Origin: Thermodesulfobacteriota bacterium
Lineage (GTDB): Bacteria; Desulfobacterota; Desulfarculia; JACQYL01
Direction: 5' to 3'
Length of the DNA: 64,000 nt
Assembly (NCBI GenBank): GCA_963675595.2
Contig: CAXXLZ010000002.1
Coordinates: 4,608,001-4,672,000 of the forward strand
Shown here: one piece after another, positions 58,093-64,000 of the stretch
Numbering within the stretch: the stretch's first letter is position 1
Layout: each line of letters starts with the position of its first letter
Translations under genes and position numbers: made by a program
The notes under the pieces: model-generated
The model's input: the letters and a program-made list of their open reading frames with translations, nothing else
Told to the model about the DNA's origin: nothing
Database searches by the model: none

Positions 58093-59136
58093 TTAGTATT
58101 TGCCGTAAATTTCCGCCGCTTCCATGATCGCTTGAGCATTCAGGAAACTGGCGTTGGGCGGGAATTCGCATCCGGGGGACAAGATGAATTTTCCACCGGC
58201 CTTGAGTTCCTCGATTTCTTTCTTGCATTCTTCCTTGACCATGTCCGGAGTTCCCAGGAAGCAGTAGCGGGCCGGCTCCATGTATCCGCAAATGGTGGTC
58301 TTGTCGCCCCATTTCTCCTTCGTTTCGGTCCAGGTCGCGCAATCATCGGGCGTGTAGGCGCAGGAAATGAGCACGGGTTCCATGGCTTCGATCTGGGCGT
58401 CGAAGTAGATGTTCTGGCCGCAGTTGTGCACCATGACCATGCAGCCGCATTCGCGAATGGTGTCGGCCAGGCGTTTCGCAAAGGGCGCTTCGATCTTCTG
58501 CCACAGGCTCTTCTTCATGATGGTGCCGGAAGCATAGAGAGTGTCCAGCATGATGGCGGGTACGCCGGTTTTGGCCAATGCCTTGATGTAGTCCACCAAC
58601 ACCTCAGTGATCACTTCCTGGGCCTTGATCACGGCTTCGGGGTGTTTCATGCAATCCAGGAACATCCTCTCCGCTCCGCGCATCATGCTGAGAATTCCCA
58701 GGGGACCGAACACGAAGGCAACCACGGGAACCTCGGCGCCCTTTTCATTCTGGAGAATCTCATGCATTTTGATGAAGCCGCTCATGCGAGGCGTTTTGGT
58801 GGGGTCGATCCGTTCCACCTTGGTCAGATAGTCGTCGGGGGTCACGATTACGGGCTTGTCGTAGTTGGGGTGAGCGGTGTCCTCCACGGGAAAGACCACT
58901 TCCTGGCCGAAATCGGCGCATTCGACGGACAGGTCGACTAAGGTGACGAAGCAATCAAAACCGAACATCTCCTGCGCCTGGATCCAGGATTTGGCCGCAA
59001 GCTCATAGTCTTGAGACCACTCCCCATAGGTGATTCCGTAGACCCGGCGGGATGCCCCACAAATCAGGGGAGTTGCGGGAACACGGTCTGCTTCTTTGCC
59101 CTGCAGGCAGGCTACCACTCTTTCCATCGAAGTCAT
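58093..59136 (-). CDS. MtaA/CmuA (URO-D superfamily) methylcobamide methyltransferase, Zn motif intact
   Basis: MTSMERV, DRVP, DLSVECADFG, GPLG, VHNCG (HxC), GGKFILSPGCE; start at ATG 59136 after AGGAGG. Confidence 0.88.
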   Translation of the reverse strand: MTSMERVVACLQGKEADRVPATPLICGASRRVYGITYGEWSQDYELAAKSWIQAQEMFGFDCFVTLVDLSVECADFGQEVVFPVEDTAHPNYDKPVIVTPDDYLTKVERIDPTKTPRMSGFIKMHEILQNEKGAEVPVVAFVFGPLGILSMMRGAERMFLDCMKHPEAVIKAQEVITEVLVDYIKALAKTGVPAIMLDTLYASGTIMKKSLWQKIEAPFAKRLADTIRECGCMVMVHNCGQNIYFDAQIEAMEPVLISCAYTPDDCATWTETKEKWGDKTTICGYMEPARYCFLGTPDMVKEECKKEIEELKAGGKFILSPGCEFPPNASFLNAQAIMEAAEIYGKY

Positions 59137-59693
59137 GACTTCCTCCTTCTCGGTTGACGTTGGTTCACCAGGATCATAAGTTCGAACTCCCGTGAGGGAG
59201 TCGGATCGATCGTGTCGTCGCCGAAGCGGATCTCCTTTCTCTGCCCGGGACGTACACAACAATCCTTGCTATGCGTGCCTCCAATACCGTCAGGCGACTG
59301 CGGCTCGGTCGCACCATTCCGGTTGCATCGGATGGCCGAGCCGTTGAGCCGCGTTTGGAACCGATGTAAGTGGTCTGGTTGGGAAGTGGTGAAGTCGAAC
59401 TCGTCGAAGCAGGTGTGGATTCGCTTCTGCTTCGTTAAAGCGCCGTCCCTCGGCGGCTCGGCGGGCAAGCGGCGAGATCGCTTTGTGAACGATGTGTCTT
59501 TTCAAGGGGTGCTCAACACGATCAATACGGAAAGGCTCGGAGGCGAGGCGGTAGTCCGCAGTGCGAGGCATGACGGCTTCGCTTCCTTCTTCCCCGATGG
59601 ATGCTTTCCGGTTCGGCTGAACGGCGATTGGGTATCCGAAGGCCTCGTGCTCCATGCTGCAACCGTGTTCGCAATCCGGTCCGGCCAAAGAAA

Positions 59694-60308
59694 TTACTCC
59701 TCCCAGTTGAGGACGATGTCTCGGAGTTGTTCGATTCCCACTCCGGAAAAGGTGGAAAGACGAACGATTTCCGCAGTTTCATTGAATTGTCTTAACTTCT
59801 TCTCGCTTTCTTCAATGGTTGTGGAGTCCACGGCATCCACCTTGCTCATGGCCAGAATGTCGGCGTCCTGGACCTGAGCGACCACGAGTCTGCCGAGCAT
59901 ATCCATGTCGAGAAGCTCGGCCGGTCGTGTGGTGTCGAAGAGGACAATGGCCGGTCCCAAAGAAATTCGAGCGTCCCTACCCCCCATTCGGGCCGCCATT
60001 TTAACCTGATGGGGAATGGCGACCCCGGTAGGTTCCACCAGAACATGCTCGGGTTTAAACTCCCGATAGAGTGTGGCCAGCGTCTTGGCGAAGCTGGAAG
60101 CCACTTCGCAGCAGATGCATCCTCCACCGATGTCCTTCACTCGCATGCCGCTTTCTTGGATCACTTTGCCGTCCACCGGAATTTCACCGATTTCATTCAC
60201 CACGAGGGCCACCTTCCGGTTTCCCGAGTCGGCGATTTCCGCGGAGAGTCTGAGAATGAAGGTGGTCTTTCCACATCCCAGAAAGCCTGCAATTTGAGTG
60301 ATTTTCAT
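59694..60308 (-). CDS. CobW/COG0523-like G3E GTPase (short form)
   Basis: GFLGCGKTT, VNEIGE, GGCICC, VEPTGVA, QV..ADI, SKVD. Confidence 0.9.
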   Translation of the reverse strand: MKITQIAGFLGCGKTTFILRLSAEIADSGNRKVALVVNEIGEIPVDGKVIQESGMRVKDIGGGCICCEVASSFAKTLATLYREFKPEHVLVEPTGVAIPHQVKMAARMGGRDARISLGPAIVLFDTTRPAELLDMDMLGRLVVAQVQDADILAMSKVDAVDSTTIEESEKKLRQFNETAEIVRLSTFSGVGIEQLRDIVLNWEE

Positions 60309-60563
60309 GAAATCTCCGTGCCGGCGTTGTGTCGTTGTGCGGAAGCGAATGAGGTCATCGGGATGACCGTGCCTTCACGGTCCGGTGCGATGATCGAAGA
60401 GGAGCCATGCCGCGGCGACGAGGTCGGAATCTTCCGAAGATCAATCTCCCGAGGTCAACGGAAATTCCTTTCACACGGTGCGGGCGCGGCACCGGGATCA
60501 AGCTCGCTTTTCGGGGTTCGGCGTCGCCGACGCAATCGTCCCGAGGCACGGTTCCTCTTCAGG

Positions 60564-61232
60564 CTATGCTTTGGACTGAACCTCGCGCAGGCGACCGATC
60601 ATCTTGATGCCCTCGGTCACGGCGTTGCCCGCGCTCTCTGCGTAACCGTCGGCGCCGAACAGGGTGGAAACGTCCCGGGTCACGGGAGCGCCGCCGAGCA
60701 TGATCATCACATTGGGATTCTTCTCTTTGATCATCTTGATGACCTTCTTCATGCCCAGCATCGTGGTGGTCATCATGGCGCTCATGGCCACGATTTCCGA
60801 ATCCGTACGCATCTGTTCCTTGACGAAATTCTCCAGAGGCACGTCGCGGCCCAGGTCGTAAACTTCAAATCCGGCCACGTCGAACATCATCTTGACCAGG
60901 TTTTTGCCGATGTCGTGAACGTCGCCCTGGATGGAGCCGATGACGACCTGGCCCTTCATCTTTCCACTTTGCTCCTGGGGCACGTGGGGGCGGAGGATGT
61001 CCAGACCGGCATAAAGGGCGTCGGCGCACATGAGCACTTCAGGCACGAAGTATTCGTTGCGCTCATAGAGATCTCCCACGATCTGCATGCCGGCCGCGAG
61101 ACCGTCCATGATCGCTTCCAGTGGGTCCACCTTTTCGTCGAGAGCCTGTTGCGCGAAGCTTTTCACTCCCTCTTCGTTGTACTCCACGACCGAGTCGCTT
61201 AAACCTTTGAGGATGTCTTCCTTGCCTGCCAT
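60564..61232 (-). CDS. corrinoid (B12-binding) protein of MtaC/MttC type
   Basis: GL..GM..VG.LYE..EYFVPEVL, GDVHDIGKNLV (DxHxxG), DLGRDVP, SAMMTTTM, LGGAPVT, GADGYAE.A; start at ATG 61232. Confidence 0.95.
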   Translation of the reverse strand: MAGKEDILKGLSDSVVEYNEEGVKSFAQQALDEKVDPLEAIMDGLAAGMQIVGDLYERNEYFVPEVLMCADALYAGLDILRPHVPQEQSGKMKGQVVIGSIQGDVHDIGKNLVKMMFDVAGFEVYDLGRDVPLENFVKEQMRTDSEIVAMSAMMTTTMLGMKKVIKMIKEKNPNVMIMLGGAPVTRDVSTLFGADGYAESAGNAVTEGIKMIGRLREVQSKA

Positions 61233-61335
61233 ACTGATTCCCCTTCCTTTGCTGAAGCATTCTTGAACGGACGGGCCCCTGGGATTGCGGAAGCCGCCTC
61301 CTCGACTTCCGCACATGTTCGCTTGCGATAATAAT

Positions 61336-61352
61336 ATACACTATAGGGGTAC
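61336..61352. promoter_or_regulatory. candidate CsoR/RcnR-family operator upstream of corrinoid operon
   Basis: ATAC-ACTATAGGG-GTAC: TAC-N9-GTA with a G-tract, about 105 bp upstream of the corrinoid gene start. Confidence 0.6.
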
Positions 61353-61894
61353 TGAATAGTCCGAGGGATGAATTCCGGCTAGACGCCGGATGATTTATTG
61401 GTGAACCTGCATTATGGAAAGAATTTTGGGATAGACGAAGTTAGTTATAAACGTAAGAAAGCCTTAAAGAAATAAATAACTTGGATATTCTATTGCTAAT
61501 GACAATGATTGGTGTGGCATTCAATCGGAATTACATATGATATGTTTAACATATAAGGAATAATGCCTATACAAAAGTTGGGATGGGGCGAAACTTGACG
61601 TTCCATGAAGGGCGGTCTCGATGGGAATCTCTTCTTCCGGAAGCCCGTCACGCGGGCGCGATCTCCCGGTTCCGATGAGGGGCACTGGCCTCGCCGGCGA
61701 ATATCTGCTACAGAGGGAGTCCCCGCACGAGTTGAGCGGGCGGCGCTTCTCCCCGCGCCCGGATGTTTCAAAAGAAGTCCAAGTCGGCGACGGCAGGCCG
61801 TCGAATCGTTCGGTGGGTTCTGAATTCGCCGGGGGGAATCCGGGCGCGTACCGCGTCACAAATCGGGAATATCCGTCAAACGAGGTGGAAGGCC

Positions 61895-62305
61895 ATGAAA
61901 GGTTGGTTTTGGCCCGGCATGATGGCCATGCTGTTGTGGGGCTTGTGGGGCTTCTTTCCCAAGCTCACCGTCCGTCATATTAATCCGGGCAGTGCCCTGG
62001 TGTTTGAAACCTTGGGCGGCATGATCGTGGCTTTGGTGGTGCTTGTCGTCCTTGGGTTCAGAATCCAGACGGATCCGGCCGGGGTGGGGTATGCGCTGTT
62101 TACCGGTGTTTGCGGTTTTCTCGGGATCCTTTTCTACCTCAAGGCGGTAACCGTAGGCAGGGTTTCCCTGGTGGCGACCATGACCGCTCTGTATCCCGTG
62201 GTGAGCGTCCTTCTCGCTCACTTTGTCCTGGGCGAGCCGCTGACCCTGAAGGAGGGCGCGGGCATCCTCCTGGCATGCCTCGCCATTCTTCTCATGGTGC
62301 TGTGA
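61895..62305 (+). CDS. single-repeat EamA/DMT family transporter
   Basis: LLWGLWGFFPK, FYLKA...GRVSLV..MTALYPVV..LLA...LGEPLT; start at ATG 61895. Confidence 0.88.
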   Translation: MKGWFWPGMMAMLLWGLWGFFPKLTVRHINPGSALVFETLGGMIVALVVLVVLGFRIQTDPAGVGYALFTGVCGFLGILFYLKAVTVGRVSLVATMTALYPVVSVLLAHFVLGEPLTLKEGAGILLACLAILLMVL

Positions 62306-62359
62306 ACGGGAGAGAGCCCTCTCTTCACCCTCGAAGAAGAAGGCGTTTCAGGCGTTCGG

Positions 62360-64000
62360 TCATGATTCCTTGGGTGAGAACTTTTTCACCACCGCCGCGA
62401 TTTCTTCTTCCGTAAACGGCTTGTGCAGAATTTCATTGACCCCGGCCGCAAAGGCGGCGTCGAAGTCCTGGGCCTCGTTTTGCGTGGTGACCATCACGAT
62501 GGGGAGCGCGTCTTTGTCGTACCACCGGCGAACAAGGCCCGTCAGTTGGATACCCGTGATTTCCGGCATATTCAGATCGGTCAAAATCAGATCGGGTTTT
62601 TCGGCGCGCACCCGGTCCACCGCCTCGGCGGGAAACTGGAAAAGCCGCGGTTCGCATCCCAAGTCGTAAAGCATACCCCGATAGATATTCAGTATCATCT
62701 TGGAATCGTCCACGGCGAAGATCACCGGTTTGGCTTCCGCTTCGGCCGTCGGGGCTCCCTCGATGAGCGAAGCCAGATCGTCCCGTCCGTTCTTCGTTAG
62801 AAGTTCGCAATAGTGGCCCTTCAAATCAGGATGAGCGCGCTCGGAAAGATACGGGACCGCCTTCTTAACGAAAAACTCCTCTTCCAGGAGGTCGAGGAAC
62901 ATGCGGTCGCATTGGGAGTTGATGATGGTGACCACGATGTTCAAGGCTTCCATGTCTTCGGTGCGAATCATGTTCTTGACGCCGGCGGCCAGAATCTCAT
63001 CATAATTACGTTCGATGGCGCCGGCCGCCGCAGCTCTCACGTTGGCCACGGGATCCTGCAATCCGGCGCCCAAGGCGAAAGCCCCTTTATGCAACGGCAG
63101 GAGGCCAAGCGCCTCATACGCGGCGAATCGCACGTTGGGATCGGCCGGGTGGGTGTGGATCAGTTTGCGCACGGCGGGAATGCTTGTGGGGTCTTTGATG
63201 TCCCCAAGAACGTTCAAGGAATGGATGACCAGGTCCGGGTCGTCCTGAGTCAGGTTTTCCAGAAGCAGGGGAACCGCCTTGGCTCCCACCTGCACCAGCA
63301 TCTGTTTGCCCGTGCTGCGAATGTGCGCATGGGCCGATCCCAACGTTTCGTTGAGTTTTTCCAGCGACTCCACCGACTGGACCCGGGCGAAAACCTCCAG
63401 GATCAAGAAGTCGATTTCGGCGTCGATTCCGAGTTTCTCCGACAGTTTTTTCATGGCCGGAGGCGTGCCCAGGCGGCCGAGGGTTTCCACCGCCGCGGCC
63501 ACGAGCCTCGCATTGCCGCTGTAAAGGAACTCCGCCACCAGGGAAACCGACCATGAGTCACCGAGGTTTCCCAGAGCCGGCATGGCGGCTGCAAGCACCA
63601 TATCATTGGCTCTTGAAGCAAGGAACTCCCTTAGAACCGGGACGGCCTCTTCAAGACGGATTTCACCGACCACCTCGGCCAGCAGGGCTTTCCCCGCGTC
63701 GTCATCCCCGGTCTTGAGGAGTGCCAGTGGGACCGAAGGCTTGTCGAGGGACATGGAGAAGAGGAGTTCCCGAGCCAAAGAATCCACGTCGCCAAGGTCG
63801 GACGACTTGGAAACCAGGCGAACCAGCAAGGGAATCGCGAATCCTTCATCGGCTCTGCTGAGTTCGAGCAGGGCCTGCCTTTGGGTCTTGGCGTCCATCT
63901 CACCCAAATGGGCCAACACGATGCTCGCCTTGAGGAGGTCCTGTCTGGCGATATCGTATCGCAGCTCGTCCAGGAATGCCTGGGGAGAAATATCCATCAT
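62360..64000 (-). CDS. HEAT-repeat protein with C-terminal receiver domain (start at window edge)
   Basis: Repeated LG.LG / VR.AA..ALG / AVP.L HEAT units; C-terminal AVDDS, LTDLNMP, MVTT, HKPF. Confidence 0.88.
   Translation of the reverse strand: MMDISPQAFLDELRYDIARQDLLKASIVLAHLGEMDAKTQRQALLELSRADEGFAIPLLVRLVSKSSDLGDVDSLARELLFSMSLDKPSVPLALLKTGDDDAGKALLAEVVGEIRLEEAVPVLREFLASRANDMVLAAAMPALGNLGDSWSVSLVAEFLYSGNARLVAAAVETLGRLGTPPAMKKLSEKLGIDAEIDFLILEVFARVQSVESLEKLNETLGSAHAHIRSTGKQMLVQVGAKAVPLLLENLTQDDPDLVIHSLNVLGDIKDPTSIPAVRKLIHTHPADPNVRFAAYEALGLLPLHKGAFALGAGLQDPVANVRAAAAGAIERNYDEILAAGVKNMIRTEDMEALNIVVTIINSQCDRMFLDLLEEEFFVKKAVPYLSERAHPDLKGHYCELLTKNGRDDLASLIEGAPTAEAEAKPVIFAVDDSKMILNIYRGMLYDLGCEPRLFQFPAEAVDRVRAEKPDLILTDLNMPEITGIQLTGLVRRWYDKDALPIVMVTTQNEAQDFDAAFAAGVNEILHKPFTEEEIAAVVKKFSPKES

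Noticed and set aside
60564-61232. Corrinoid protein as mercury methylase HgcA or methionine synthase
   Set aside because: His-on DxHxxG motif, no NVWCAAGK cap helix or TM domain, and no MetH domains.
61540-61554. ATATGTT-T-AACATAT palindrome
   Set aside because: Short and in an AT-rich tract; could arise by chance and has no second copy in the window.
1-64000. CRISPR arrays, IS elements, integrases, prophage, rRNA or tRNA genes
   Set aside because: No regularly spaced repeats, transposase/integrase/phage motifs or structural RNA signatures found by eye.

Overview
GC-rich chromosomal window, most consistent with a strictly anaerobic aromatic-degrading Desulfobacterota/deltaproteobacterium (inferred from gene content only). 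Housekeeping genes: recJ, hflKC, proC, murJ, aspS, degP-like, ptsP, feoB. Metabolic modules: a benzoyl-CoA ring-cleavage operon (SDR-had-oah-dch) and a three-subunit xanthine-dehydrogenase-family molybdoenzyme resembling 4-hydroxybenzoyl-CoA reductase. Other modules: a sigma54-type operon of NifX/orange-protein-like and NifU-like genes, whose probable Fe-S-PAS (OrpR-like) activator lies about 33 kb away; a LysM-FecR / CHASE2-kinase / GGDEF / PtsP signalling run divergent from a large lytic transglycosylase; and an approx. 10 kb cobalt/corrinoid island (DUF2284, cbiMNQO, CsoR/RcnR repressor, two MtaA/CmuA-family proteins, CobW-like GTPase, corrinoid protein). No tRNA, rRNA, CRISPR array, transposase or integrase was recognised. 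Best novelty candidates: (i) the corrinoid island, where one MtaA paralogue has lost two Zn ligands, no MT1 or activator is present, and CsoR-type TAC-N9-GTA operators appear to link it to a metal sensor; (ii) an 11-bp-period operator motif shared by the benzoyl-CoA operon and the molybdoenzyme operon; (iii) the split Orp-like regulon; (iv) a Phd-plus-HTH fusion without a toxin. All family calls come from motif recognition by eye; no database search was run.
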